This document shows positions 1-13,386 of a DNA stretch of 64,000 nucleotides, one piece after another. Under the pieces are notes generated by a model, which saw only the letters and a list, made by a program, of their open reading frames with translations, was not told where the DNA came from and ran no database searches. Numbering within the stretch: the stretch's first letter is position 1; each line of letters starts with the position of its first letter. The position numbers and the translations under genes were made by a program. The DNA comes from Oikopleura dioica (lineage: Eukaryota; Animalia; Chordata), in contig OU015567.1 in the NCBI GenBank assembly GCA_907165135.1, positions 1,302,001 to 1,366,000 on the forward strand, written 5' to 3'.

Positions 1-470
1 ACTGAGGCGACAGTCAGATATTTGAAGAGCTTCATTCTTTTGTTCTTAAGATTCTTCGGATCTTTCTGTCTCTAGAATTGGTCGATACAGTCTTCTTTGA
101 CCCTTTGATGAGTGAAGTCTTCAGAGCGAGTTTCTCTGAGTCGCGCAAAAACGTAAAAACGGCTTTACAAAGATTGAGCGATTGAGTACCAAAATTGGAG
201 CCCCACGGTAGTTCTAGCCGAGGAAGGTTGCGCGGCCACTAGCGCGCCACCTCGCGGGCGCTGAGCACCAAGAAACCAGGCGGGGCACCATTGTGGCACC
301 TCTTTCGCCTCACGAGTGCAAGGCCCTTGGGCAGAATGGATCGAAACTCAGAGATCGGTAGTTGAACAAGTCAGAGTGCACGGGGACGCGCTGGCTCTAG
401 AATTCGCCCGTAAGCAATTTCGTAAACAAGCGCATTGAATTTGAAGCACCAGTTGCGCGGAAGGACACTT
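1..470 (-). mobile_element. Degenerate 3' end of a non-LTR retrotransposon ORF2 (zinc-knuckle tail)
   Basis: Minus-strand pieces with stops/frameshifts: MRLFTKLLTGEF, DPFCPR, RLVSWCSA, LCKAVFTFLRDSEKL, in the order expected for the LINE C-terminal 'LTGH...C..C...H...CP...V..FL' signature. Confidence 0.3.
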
Positions 471-831
471 CACGAAATGAAAAGTACTTTAGGCGATGAA
501 TCATCGAATGAGCAGCAAATTTTTTTGATAAAAATTAATCATAAAATAAGAAATAAGGAAAGAAATAAAAAACAGAGTGCCGTTTCAGCCGCGAGGAGGA
601 GTTTCCTTTGATCAAAGCGCGAATCGCATCCTCGTTTTCGCCTTGTTTTAAGAGTAAAACGTCGACCTTTTTTACACTTGGCGCATTTGTAACAAACGAT
701 CAGAATTACTTTAATAATGTTTGAAGGACTCCCTGTTTTCAAGCCAACGCCTCTTTCTGTATTTGCATAAAGATCATGTAAATATTATGTAGACTCGTAT
801 TATAATCTTCTTTATTTTGAAATACGAGAGA

Positions 832-3329
832 ATGGGTAAAGATCTTGCACATTACAGCTACATACAAGCTCTCAAAGGTAGCGATGAGGATGATCCTCAT
901 CAAGTGCTCTGGTTAATGAAGGAGAATACTAAGGGTACGAGTTACCTTTAACGGGGGGATTCGTCAATATGGAAAATTCTCAAAATTGAAAATTATGACT
1001 ACATTTTTGAACTCCTCGTGAAAAACTTAGAATTTTTGGTCTCGTGTTTTTTTTATTGGTTCACTTAAAACACGACAAAAATCAAGTTAAACTTTTGAAT
1101 AGAGCCAACGGGGGAATTTTTTGAAAAGGCTGATATTTCCCCAAATAACTCTCATAACTAATTTTTGCCTACAAATCATTGTTCTTTGATGGTTTCTGAA
1201 TCATATTAATTCAAAAACTTCTAGTCTTTTCGAGTTTTTAGGAAATTTCGGTCAAAAATGAGTAGAATTTTGATTTTTTGCAGAAATCGCAAATGAACAA
1301 GGAACTTTTGTTTTTGAAAAAGTGACATTTTATTTTTTGTCGCCGATTTTTCAGGGGTCCAATCTGTCAATTGATATCATTTGGTAATCGAAAAAAAATT
1401 TGGTTTTCGAAATTTGTGTTTGCAAGACACCCCTTCTTCAACTCTAATTTTTGAGAAATTTTACAAATAAATTTTTTGTTTCTTTTTGCCGATGACTTCT
1501 TCCAACCCTTTTCTTTTTAATCAGAAGATTTATTTTTTCAATTCCATCAGGGTTTCCCGCTTTTTTGTTTTTCCGTAGCCCGAATATTGACGACCCCCCT
1601 CTTAAGATTTTTTCCTCAAAAATTGATAAATTATACTTTTTCTCAGGCAAAAACTTCGTCGTAATGAAGGCTGGTATAGAAAATATATCTAAAATGAACG
1701 AGTTCTTATTGATGAAGAAATTAGAACATCAAAATATTGTAAAAGTCTACGAAATGGTTCAGTTTCCATTTAATTCATACTTCTATTACGGATTTACGAT
1801 GCAATGGGGCGATCAAGGAACATTGGCAGATTTTATAAGATTACAGGCAACATCAGTTTGGTTATGGATCGAAAGAGATGCGTTCAAATTAATTTCTCAA
1901 CTCGTCTATGGAATGTCTTTTATTCATCAGCAAAAACTTATTCACAACGATATTCGACCGAAAAATATTTTCATTAGTGGAATTGGCAATCAACTTTTGA
2001 TTGGAGATTTTAAACTTTCAGGAAAAATTTTAAACATTTTAACGCTTGAACGTACGTTTATTTAGTTAGGCTGAACGCATATCACACAAATTTCTGAGAT
2101 TTGCTTAATTTTAAAAACGAAGGCTTATACACTTGACGATAACAATTATTTGTAATTCTACAAAGTTGAAACATAATCTGCGTTATTGATGATTATTAAT
2201 CAAGCTCAAATAGTAAAACTGCGCAAAATAATATGATAATAATGATGATAAATATGATGATAATTCAATGATATGGGCCCGATTCGCGTTCAATTTTTAT
2301 TAATAAAAAAATAAGCATTAATCAAAAACTTTCTTCTTAATAATGCTATCTGATGAAAATTTACGAAAGTTGAAAGTGGAAAAACTTCAAATATTATAAA
2401 GAAAGGGAATTCAAGATTTATTCCACCTGTGTGTTTTGGTTCAATGCAAGTTTACAATTTCAGAACAGATGTTTGGGCAGTTGGTGTTGTTATTTATATG
2501 ATCAGTTATTTAAAGAATCCTTTTGAGGACGATAGTGATTTTCAAATGGTTAAGAAAATTCGCGAAGGAAAGTTCACAGCTTCCAAATAATGTTATGAGT
2601 ATCAATAAATTTGAGCTTTATAAGGACAATATGAGACACCTGCTCGAAACTTCCCTAATTGCGATTCTCTTATCAAGTATTGTCTTCAAAAAGATCCTGC
2701 AAATCGTGTCGAAGATTGTTGTTCCTTAGCTAAGAATCCTCTTATTTCAAATTTTATCTCACAACTGGAAGCAAAGATTCATCCAAATAATTTTCAATTT
2801 GAAAAACCCAAAGAAAATGAAAGGATCGCATAAAATAATAAAAATCATTTTTTCTGATAATATTTTTGATATGCTTCATCAGAGAAAATTCAATTAAAGA
2901 TTCCAGCGATTATTCAGAATCTCTAATAACAGATACCACTCCACCTGGCTTTGAAAACACCACCGAAACTTCTGGTTAAATATTGTTTAATGTTCAAATC
3001 AAAACTTTTGATTTCTAGGCATATCAGAGCAGGAAATCTGGAATATGATTAACAGAAAACTTGATCCACTTTGGGATTGTGTAAGCGATTTACAAAAGAA
3101 TAAGTACAACACAAGCGCTGCAATAAAGACTTTGCAGAAAGATGTGGAAGTTTTAAAGACCAAAACTCAAGATATAAACGAAAATGCAGCAAACCATGAT
3201 CTGACCGTTGATAATCTCGTCGATGAAAAAGAGCAATTAAAAATTGAAAATGAGACATTCAGCCGTTCAAAATATATAAGAAATCAAAATCATTACAAAA
3301 AAGAAGAAGAAATTATCTACTGGGTATAA
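832..3329 (+). CDS. Multi-exon Ser/Thr protein kinase (NEK-like fold, atypical motifs) with C-terminal coiled coil
   Basis: Exons give VVMK, HNDIRPKN, GDFKLS, FIPPV, TDVWAVG, CLQKDPANRV; GT-AG and GA-AG introns; last exon is the 3045-3329 ORF. Confidence 0.8.
948..1605. mobile_element. TTAA-flanked MITE (Kolobok-type termini) in kinase intron 1
   Basis: TTAA at both ends; imperfect TIR GGGGGG(A/-)T(T)CGTCAATAT. Confidence 0.7.
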
Positions 3330-3372
3330 ATGATATGCGAACGAATAATAATTTGATTGAATAATCAATTTA

Positions 3373-3505
3373 TTAAGGGTCATATGTGGTCAATCTTCGT
3401 GGTATTGAAAACTATTTCTCTTAACCTCTTCTCTAAGCCTTAACATTAACATTTAGCCCGTTTACGTAATTTACCCCGAAGATTGACCGCCTATGTCGTA
3501 ATTAA
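3373..3505. mobile_element. Small TTAA-flanked MITE
   Basis: IR ggtcaatcttcgtggta / taccccgaagattgacc, with TTAA outside both ends. Confidence 0.45.
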
Positions 3506-4516
3506 GCGTGTTAGATTAACCTTGTTGTTCTTGATTCAATAAATCCTGTATCTTCTTCTTTAATTCCTAGTTTCCGGACTTATGAGATACATGTTGTATA
3601 TGACTGCTCACAAAATGATTTGCGACTGTGAACAGATGTTTGTTTATTGTCCGCATCTCAAATAAAGTCTGACAAATTTGCTCAATTGAAACAAGATTAT
3701 TATGTTTGGCTTTAGATTTGACACGGTAGTCAAGCTCAAAATCTTGTGCAATTTCTACAAATTGTGGAATTATGACACGACCGCTTCATTGTTTTCTTCA
3801 TTGTGCTTCATATCGTGAAAAAGACGGTATTCTTATGTATCAGCATGGGTATAGGGCGGCTACGTTCCAAATAGTTAAAATTGTAACGGCGTTACAAAAA
3901 TTCAAAACCAAATTGAACCAGTGTGCACTTCGCTTCTGAATTGAAGGAAACTATTTTTTGGTTTACCTTTTTGCTTATTCTGTCAAAAATAATAAGAAAA
4001 ACCGAATAGAAAATAATTTTATGACAAGAAAATCTGAATGTTAAAAAATTCTAACAGCCAAAATTATGAATGACTCATGTTAAATGAGTTTTAATAATAT
4101 TTATTCAAATGCTCAAAAAACAAATTCAAATAAAGAAGCAAATTCAACCGAATATAATTGCGAAGATTTTTTTCTTTTTTGTCATTTTGCTGTTGAGTTA
4201 TCCACAAAGATTAAAGCCACAAATAATGAAAATATGCGCATTAAATAATTTATAACCGGAGCAAAATCTAATTATAAAAGCTATTGGCAGGTAAGCCATG
4301 AGTTTCTGTCTAAAAATGTACCATTAGCTTCTTCATTCAGCATTTGTCTGTTTATCCAGAGAAAGTTGTACTAAAAACGACGATGCCATTGAAAGAAGAA
4401 ACGAGAAAAATGCTCCTGATTATTTTTCTTGCTATTTCTTTTGTTGGATGGATCATTGGATTTTTAAGGGGGCAGAGATCTTGAAACCGATTTGAGATAA
4501 AATCAAAGACGATAAT

Positions 4517-4893
4517 TTAAGGGGGTGGGTCGACGAGAATCGGGATTTTCGGAACAAAATTCCGTAGAAACCTGATTGGCTGGAAAAATTTTGACTTTTC
4601 TGGTGAAAATAAAAGGGTTGAAAAAATCTATCGGCGAAAAGAAGAAAAAATTTTGACCAGAAAAAATGGTCGAAAACTAGTCTCAAAGTGGACCCCAAAT
4701 TGCCATTTTTGCAATTTTCTGATTTTTTCGTAATTTTTTTTCGGACACTTTTGGTAAAGAAGTGAACAAAATTTCTGCCAAACTCTTTGCCGACAGATTC
4801 TTAATACCCTTCTTTTTCCAACCGAAAAGTCACAATCGGGGTTCTCGGGAAATTTGTTCTAAAAATTCTTATTTTCGTCGACCTCCCCCTTAA
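4517..4893. mobile_element. TTAA MITE, GGGGG..GTCGACGA family
   Basis: ttaagggggtgggtcgacgag ... ttcgtcgacctcccccttaa; related copy at 12391-13057. Confidence 0.75.
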
Positions 4894-5566
4894 GGGTACT
4901 ATCTTCGATTTCCAGAAGGTGACCTTTCAAAAGATTTATAAGAATCGGTTATTAGAGATGGGTTCTTCATAAAATTTCATGATTATACCTTCTTGATAAC
5001 TATTCGAATTTATCAATATATCTTGAGATATGGCCACTAGAAATTTTTTCGAAAAAAAATTTTGAACTTCGATTTTCTTGATCAAGGGCTTGTTCGAAAG
5101 CTCAGAGAAAGAGCAGTATGTTAGTAGCTGTATCGATCGCTACATCAAGATATTTTCGATTCTAGAGCCAAAAATATGTCGCAAAATTTTAAAAAATGCT
5201 CAATTTTCGAAAAATCTGCGAGACAGAATCTTCAAAAAATTATTTTTGGTATTTTGAGTTTTTCAATGAAAAATTCCTTCTGTAATTTTAAAGATTAAGC
5301 TTCAAATTATATATAAAAAATATAATAAGGCCAAGTTTTCAGACTTGTTTTTGAGTTATTCAACCTTTTATATAGGCCATTTTTGCGAAGATGTCCACTT
5401 CATGCCAAAATTTAGCCGCTTTTCGGTCAAGCAATTCATAAACCCCTCTGTAATAGTTAAGATCTAGGACAGGTCTATTATATGAGCCCATATGGACTCA
5501 GCAATCATTTACAAGTTCCGAGTTATTCAAGGCTCATGTTGGGGAAATCGAAGATAGTACCCTTAA
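4890..5566. mobile_element. TTAA MITE inserted in the TSD of the previous element
   Basis: Perfect 20-bp TIR GGGTACTATCTTCGATTTCC, TTAA both sides, shares TTAA 4890-4893. Confidence 0.85.
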
Positions 5567-5934
5567 CTCAAATTGTTTGAATAAATCAGAGTTTACCCAG
5601 TCCTTTTGGTGAAAAATCGTGATTTCTCATGCCTACCCCCTTAATCTTCGCTTGCGACTACGGAAAAGCCTTGGCGCCTGGAGTTCTGTACAAAAAATTC
5701 TGCTGAGGCAATAAATCAAAATAACGAAATCGATCAAATTCATGATGTAACAAATCTCTTGATTTCGAGCTAATGATCATCCATCATAAATTCGGCAGCA
5801 ACGAACAACATAATGAAAAGCACGGGCGTACTTGGTGACGCTCCCACTTTTGTGAACCGCCCATTTTGCTTTAAAATCTCGTTGATTTTATTTTGATCTT
5901 GATTTTCGCAAATCAGAGAAAAACAAGGAAGAGA

Positions 5935-7465
5935 ATGGCAGAAGGAAAATCTTACGCCTAGGGTTCAACTCGATCAAAAATTAAAAAAAATCAGTTTTGA
6001 TGAAAAATAATAGAAAAAAAAAATTGAATCCGAAAAAAGATTCGGCCGAGTTCCAAAAATTCTTGGACGAGCAACAATACTCGCGAAATGGAATTCTCCG
6101 TTACGAAAAAATCTTTGGCGACGATTTTGTCTCAACAGGCGGGATTTCTACGACGCGCGAATTCGTCAAGATGCTGAATTTGAAGGAGGGCCAGAAGGTG
6201 CTCGATGTTGGTTGCGGAATCGGAGGCAGCGCCTTTCACATGGACATGGAATATGGAGCGCATGTTGAAGGTGACAACTTTTTGGAAAAATTTTATTAAA
6301 TGGAATTCAGGCTTTGATTTGTCCCGAAATATGATTGACATCGCCAACGAGCGCGCCACAAAATACAACTTGGAAAACGTCTCCTTCTCTGTCAAAGATG
6401 CTACTTTAGTCGAATTCCCTGACGATACTTTTGATGTGATTTACTCCCGAGACACAATTCTTCATATTGCTGACAAACTTTCTCTTTTCAAAAACTTTCT
6501 CAAATGGCTGAAACCTGGCGGAACATTGATGATCTCCGACTATTGCTGCACTCCGAATAAATGGAGCCCGAATTACAGGTGAACTATTTTACTTATTTTT
6601 ACAGTCGTTGTTGTTGTCAATTTTTATTCAGAAAAAAAACTTTACTCCGCACCTACAGGGATATTTTGAGTTAAGGACCCCCCCCCCCGTCAGCTTTTTC
6701 CTCCGAAAAATTTAAATTTTTAAAAACTTTTCGGTTCTTTATGTACCCTCAAGTTAAACTTGCTTCAAAAACTTGATAGGACGAATATTTGACCAAGAAA
6801 AATGAATGTTTTTGCCAAAATTAGGGCAAACTCGTCAATTTTCGGCGAAATTCCCAATTTTCAAATGCGATTTTAAGGGTGAAGGAGTCGAGATAGACCC
6901 CCAAAAAATGTAGCCCTAAAATCGTTTTTTGACCCGTAGAATCTATTTCCGGGGTCAAAATTTTAAAATTCCGAAATTTGATTTTTCAAAAAAAGCTGAC
7001 GGGGGTCCTTAACTTGTGATTTCAGTTTATATCAAAAACATTTTTCTAGTTATAGTCGATTTTTGATAATAACACTTTCAAGCTTAAATTAAATGCAAAA
7101 AAATTCGTGAAAGAATATCTGAACTAAATTTGGATTTTAGGGCGTATGTCGAGCAGCGAGGCTACAATCTTCTGACAGTAAAAGAATACGGTAAAACCAT
7201 TGGACGAGCAGGATTTGTCGACGTCCGCGATATTGACTACACTTCCGGCTTCATCGACATCCTCAAAGGAGAACTCGAAACTTTCGCCAAAACGAAAGAT
7301 GACTTCATCAAGGTACTCTTCCTTGATTTCATTATTGCTAAAGCCGCTTAGGAATTTAGTGAAAAGGAGTACGATGCGATCAATGGCGGATGGAGCGATA
7401 AAGTGATCAGATGCACGAACGGGGATCAAAAATGGGGATTTTTTATCGCTAGAAAACGCGCATAA
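5935..7465 (+). CDS. PMT: Phosphoethanolamine N-methyltransferase, single SAM domain (MT2/PfPMT-like)
   Basis: [74 protein letters not shown]; about five exons. Confidence 0.92.
6671..7012. mobile_element. TTAA MITE in PMT intron
   Basis: TIR GGACCCCC(n)GTCAGCTTTTT, TTAA both ends. Confidence 0.8.
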
Positions 7466-8011
7466 TCATACTATCTTTCAAAGAATAAAACATAATAATG
7501 TCCTCGTGATTTCTTTGATGATAATATTGCAGACAAACTTTTTGCTAAGAGAGACTTAAGAATTCTTGCTTCTCAGTAAAATCTTCTAACTAAGATTTGT
7601 TCAAGAAAAAGAGGTGCCTCAAAGACTGTTACGTTTACGTCGATACGGAAAGATTTTAGAGCCGCACGGCGATATATACACTTGGTTTCCAACTTTCCGG
7701 AATCCAAATTTCCGAAAATTTTCAGATTTTAAGGCAACTAAGTGGGACACTACAAAATCGACAATTGTCCGAATTTCCGGAGTTTTTTTTTCAAAATTTT
7801 ATTGACAAGCGATCAATTTCTCTAAAAGAAGAATCAATCTACGAATAAATTAATTTCTTTTTGGGCGCAATCTGAGCTTATTCGCGAGGTTGAAGAAAAG
7901 GAGTAAAACTTAGGGTCATTCAGTGGCTTTTCTTTCATAATCTTTTTGTATTGAGCCTGTACCAAGACTTTTTTAAGAATACAGTGAAACCCCAACTTAA
8001 GGCCGAGCAAC

Positions 8012-8442
8012 TTAAGGGATCACCCCCCGATTTTCTCAACTTTGACCCCTATATTTTTTTACTCGTCTTGCGTGTTGGGCTGTATATTTGCTCAAATTGA
8101 AGCCCGTTTCTTGACGAGCAAACGCATGCACGATAATCCCCTAGTTAAAAGATTCACTTATGCGTACGAAGCCGTCAAAGTAACTTAGGTTGCCAAAAAC
8201 GGCCATTTTCGGCCATTTTCAAGTCGAATCTAAATTTTTCTGGCCTCATGCATTCCTAATATTACTTCATTTTTCTGAAGTTTAGACCCTTGGCTACATT
8301 TGCATGCATGATTAGTGTGATTGATAAAGTAACAGGAAAAATTTCTTATGAACAACTTTTTGAAGCCATTATACCCTTTTTTAGATTCAAATTGCTCTCT
8401 AGCACCAATCTGCGGCCAGAAATTCTAGTGCGGATCCCTTAA
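8012..8442. mobile_element. TTAA MITE nested in the pogo-like element
   Basis: ttaagggatc ... gatcccttaa; removal restores the host motif caacttaaggcc. Confidence 0.6.
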
Positions 8443-8769
8443 GGCCACTTTTTTGAAGAATCCCCGAAATCTGTCATCGGAAAAAAATCCAACTTAAGGC
8501 CACTTTTTTTTCAATTTTTATTCACAGTGAGTAAATCGCAGATTCACTTTTTAACCGTATCTCGAGCGCGAGCACACTTTCTGAGCTCGCGATAGTTGTT
8601 GCATTACGATTTACTTCAATTTTTGAGATAGTTAAAAATTCAAAAAAACTTAGAATCTTTGGCTATTTTTACGTTAACAACAAATTTCTTCGAAACAAAT
8701 CATCAACTCCTTTACGAATAAAACGTTAAAATGTCTGTAAAATTGCGAATTTTTGTCTCTAGATGGCCT

Positions 8770-9461
8770 TTAAGGGGGTCCCTCACGATTTTTCGATTTT
8801 CCGAATTAGAATATTTTCTCTTCAGATTTGAACTTCTCATGCAAAAAGCTGCAAAAAAGGTCTCTAGCTTTTTTCGATTGTTGTAGAAAAAAATGTCTAA
8901 AATTGACGCTGAAGTAGCCAATTTTGACGAGTCTGCATAAAAATCAAAAAATAAACTCTTGTTTGCAGTTGTCTAAGGGTCTCTAAGTCATAAGTTATGA
9001 CACATTTTTAGGAAGTCTATGGGCTTATCTTTCTATTTTTGTCCGAAAATAAGTGTTTAGGTGATGCCTTGAAGGCAATTCACAGGGTTGAAATTTCCAA
9101 AATCGAACATTTTTTTGATCGTCTTTGTTACAAAATCATTTTTTGGAAATTAAAAAAACTGAGAGACGCTTCACTAAATAAGTGTTAGAACTTTCGGAAC
9201 AGGAGGAAAAAATTTTTCTAACCCAAAATTTTGGAGTAATCTCAGGTGAAAAAGTGTCGAAAAAACGCGATTTTTCGCGAGACTCTTTCCTTCTCGGCGC
9301 CGTAGCGCCAGATGTGGTTCGATTTTAAAAAAATTGAGACACGTTTTATTAGATCAAGGTTTGATAAAGGAGAAAAAATTTTTGAAAAATATATGTCCGT
9401 GTCGCCGTGAGCGCCGGTCGAAAATGGCCAATTTCAGAAAAATCGTTGGGGACCCCCTTAA
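8770..9461. mobile_element. TTAA MITE nested in the pogo-like element
   Basis: ttaagggggtccctcacgattttt ... aaaaatcgttggggacccccttaa. Confidence 0.75.
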
Positions 9462-11263
9462 TGTAACAAATTTCGTGACAAAAACTCGTTATCTTCGGCT
9501 GCTTCTTTGGCGATTTTGAAGTCGATGGCTTTTCAGCGTCGGCATCTTCTCTCACTTGAACTTGTGGTACTACGTCAACCTCCATCGGAGTTGCAGCTCG
9601 ACCGTCTTCTTGAAATTACAGAAGACCAAGTCATCACATGGTTGATGATGAACTTATTTAAATTATTGGATATTTTCTAGAATTTTTACAACTTATACTC
9701 GGTTCGTGCGAGAAATTTCTGATAAGACCCTCCGCCTTTCATTTTTGATTCCCATGATTCATTCCCTTACTCCGGAAATAGAAAAATTTTAGCGTCATCC
9801 AACTTAGTTGGAGAATCACCCAACTTAAGGCCAGTTTTCAAATAAGCTGTCATCCAAAAAGTTGGGGTTTCACTGTACTTGGTGGGACATACAATATTTA
9901 CCTGTGACCCTAATTTCCGGACATTTTTAACCAGGAGACAAAATTAGTCCGGAAATTAGGAAACCAACTGTTATAAAAAAACACGTGTTAATCATAAACG
10001 CGTAAGAACATCTGTTGATTAATTCAATATTGCCGTGGTACGGGCTGTGATGCTTTCAATCAAAATGAGATTTTAAAGATATAACTCTAAGCCATTTTTG
10101 TATCGTAGGTAATAAAAATGAGGAGTTTGATGATAATAATTAATTTTTCGTGTTATTATCAAAGAGCGATTTTCGCATAAAACAGCACAAAAAATCGCAA
10201 TAAGACTTTTTCAATTATGTCTAGTATTTTCTGTTGTCAGTCCTTCTTTTTCTCACCCTGTAGATATTCACGTTGCTGTAAATATTCAGAAAACGTACAA
10301 GATGCTCGTTGCTGGTCCTTCGTCGGCGTCTGCAGCGGCTGCTACTGGGATCTGCAAGATATTCATCCCGGATGGCATGCGAATCCCCGGCATCTGCTTA
10401 AAATTTGGTGAAGTCGCTCACAATTTTCTCTTTGTTTTCGGCATTCTCGACGAGCAAGATCGGCCTTATTTTCAGGATCACTTTGAGTTTTTTCTTGCTG
10501 CGAATAAGTCCGTTGTGCCCCGTTTGGCAAGCTTCACAATGGCAAAGACGTTTATTCATGCACTCTCGGCCCGAACGGATGGCATTCAATAAAAAACACA
10601 ACTTTGGCTTTGGAGGACCGGACAAGGAAGCTTTGGCTTATTTTAAATTAGTTATTTTTATGGTGTTGTTGGCTTACTTTATTATCCTTTCTTTCCGCGG
10701 TTTCGTGATCATCGTTCTTTTAAGCTTAATCACGATCTGCTTTTTGATATCTTACTCGTTTGATTTTCGCATTACAGTTGGTTTGGTCAAATTATTAGAT
10801 TTTTTGGCTTTATTTTGATTGTCTGTAGAATTTGTGCTCAAAAGTCATCTCTTAATGAGAATAAAGTCATTTTGACAGAGAATGAACAACAAGATAGTCG
10901 GTAAAAGGTTGAAAAACTGCTTAAAGACTCATCGCGCTAGATCTGGAACTCTGCTTGTTTAAGGAACCTACTCTTCATAACAGAATCATAGCTTCGGAAA
11001 GACAACAATAATTAAGATAAGAAGCAACACCAAAAAGCGAGTAAGAACGAACTTCATGATATCTACAAAACTCAGCATAACTGAGAAATGATTAATCAAC
11101 TTTTTTATAATTATGCTAATTGATTTAAAATGATGCTTAAATATTGTGAGCGTAAAAACGTTAAAATAACAAAGTCTATTTTGTAAACTCTTCTTCAACC
11201 ACTTTAATTTTTGACTGAACCTAACAGGCTTTAAAAGATAATGATTGAAGCTGTGTTTGACTG

Positions 11264-11469
11264 CAGGGGTTTAATATCAGCTGAAATCCTAGTGCGAAAG
11301 CGAACCGAAAACGAACCATTTTTTAAATTTTTTGCGAAGCGAAAGCGAAGCGAATTCTTGGCCAATGTACGAAGCGTAATATCATTGAAAATTGCAAAAA
11401 ACAGCGAATTCGCTTCGTTTTGCATCGCTTCGCAAAAAAACGAATTCGCACTGCGAATTAAGAGCCCTG
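11264..11469. mobile_element. hAT-type MITE with GCGAA subterminal repeats
   Basis: CAGGG...CCCTG ends; gcgaa/ttcgc arrays in opposite orientation; TSD degenerate. Confidence 0.45.
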
Positions 11470-12390
11470 ATTACTGTAATAAAACGGTTTTTTTTTCTGG
11501 AATCTATCCGGTTTTGAACTTTGAGGGCACCCTTATTCCAAAAGTTCACGTAAGAATAAATTTGAACGGGAACGATCAAACTCATCACCGAAAATTTGTG
11601 GTAACTCATTACCAAAATACTCAGAAATAAATGATCCTTTTTTAAAAACTTGATTTTTGCAAATTTAGTTCCAGCGCTCGGGTCAGCATTGGTGCTTCGA
11701 ATCATGGTCAACAGCCCTGCCCCGCCCCGTTGTTCTTTCTTCTTAAATCGGAGTCCCAAATAAGGGACTTTTTTGCTCCAAAATTGTTCAAAAAATATGT
11801 CGCTGCCAGATTTTTTCAAAGTTTATTTTTCGCGGCAAAATATGCTGAAGTCATTACTTGGGTGGCTTTTATAACATTTTTGAAAGAGGAAACTATATTC
11901 TGAAAGACATATCACTTCAGTTTGTGGCAAAACAGGTTGAAATAAAGGTTATTGATACCATTTATTGGCTCTTAGCTAACCGAAAAAACTAACTTATCTA
12001 AGAAAATCCCTTAAATTGGATTTTTTTTGCCGCTGATTTCGGCGTTTTGAGCCAAAAAGACCCTTATCTTGATGTCCCTTATTTTGGACTACGACTGAAC
12101 CAGTGATAAAAAGTCCACCAATATTCATAAAAAGAGGATTGTTTAAATTATCGAATGATGCCTGCGGTTTTTCCATTCGTAGCGATGCGAATTCGTTATA
12201 ATAGAAACAAATTCTATGTTAATAATCGTGTAAGTTTTTAGCACAGTTGCAAATATGCTGAGCTAAATGAGCTGAGCAGTCGCTCATTATGAAAAACTTA
12301 GCTCTAGTCGGCATAAACGCCGGTTAAAAATGGTTTTTTTTTTGGTAATAATAATCAATTCGGACACCCCAATGAATAAAAATCATTTGT

Positions 12391-13057
12391 AAAGGGGGAG
12401 GTTGACGAGAATCGGGATTTCTGTAACCAAAAATCCGGAAAAACCTGCTTAGATAGGCAAATTCTGACTTTTCAGGTGAAAAGAAAAGTGTTTGAAAAAT
12501 ACAGCGGCGAAAACTAGAAAAAAAATTTTTTTGGAAAAATTTTCAAAAAGTTGGGTCAAAGTGGGGGTTACTCGTAACCAAAAAATCTCGAAAATGGGAT
12601 TTTTTTTTCTTCGTCAAATAAAATAAATAGTAAGTTTAAACCCTTAAAAATACAGCGGCGACAATATAAAACGGGCTCCTTTTATTTAAAAAAAATTTTT
12701 CTGTTGACTAAAAATATGCGATTTTCCTAAAAATCGTCATTTTTACTCATTTTTTTACGGAGAATTTCACCAAAAGCGCCGAGACTCGGAATTTTTTACT
12801 GAAAATAATAATAAAACTATTTAAAATCAATATCTTGTAAAAAAAATCGGATTAAGATTGTTTTGGGTGAAATAACCAATTTTTAAAGTTTGTAAAATCT
12901 GGAATTCCAGACACAAAATCGTAAATTTTATTAAAAAAAGTAATTCAATGCCCAAAAAGCTGGAGACCAAAAAAGTTCCTTTTTTATTAAGGAATCCAAA
13001 AATACAACCAAACTTTTGAAAAAGCGAAAAAATTTTTCCCGTCGACCCCCTCCTTAA
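12391..13057. mobile_element. TTAA MITE, same family as 4517-4893
   Basis: aaagggggaggttgacgagaatcggg ... gtcgaccccctccttaa; internal similarity to the 4517 copy. Confidence 0.7.
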
Positions 13058-13225
13058 GAAGACTGCGCCAAAATCTGCGCAATATGCGTTGAGACAAACT
13101 GAGCAAACGTGCGCTCTCACGTTAGTTGATCTCAGTCAATAAAGTATTTCAAATTTAAATGTTATATTGGTAATCACAAGATACGCCTTATGTAAGCCAA
13201 GAATTTGGAAAAATGGCAAATAATA

Positions 13226-13386
13226 CAGTTGTGTGAGGAGTTTCCGCACCCCTGAAAGGCGAGTAAAAGGTGCGTAAACGCAGCACTTACTTTTGCTTCT
13301 TCTAGAAGAAAGAAATTGAAAAAGCGCGGGCTGGGGGTGCGGGAACGCAGCAATCACAAAGGGTAAGGAAACTCCTCACACCACTG
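13226..13386. mobile_element. ~160-bp Tc1/mariner MITE
   Basis: TIR CAGT(T/G)GTGTGAGGAGTTTCC, TA TSD. Confidence 0.8.

Larger units (their letters stand above)
7982..9875 (-). mobile_element. Internally deleted pogo/Tigger-like element
   Basis: Perfect TIR CAGTGAAACCCCAACTT, TA TSD; retains a transposase-tail-like fragment ending KQPKITSF. Confidence 0.8.
7679..9970. mobile_element. Outer Tc1/mariner-type MITE of a nested cluster
   Basis: TIR CA(C/G)TTGGTTTCC..TTTCCGG; left TA present, right TA degenerate. Confidence 0.6.

Noticed and set aside
3600-3930. Possible second LINE 3' remnant (CGIMTRPLHCFLHC)
   Set aside because: One short motif across frameshifts; too weak to call
3950-4430. 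Minus-strand hydrophobic frame with TGA as possible Trp (NUMT or alternative code)
   Set aside because: Also contains TAA/TAG stops and no recognisable mitochondrial protein motif
10217-10818. Overlapping ORFs on both strands
   Set aside because: No recognisable domain and no consistent splice model; may be a real but unresolved gene
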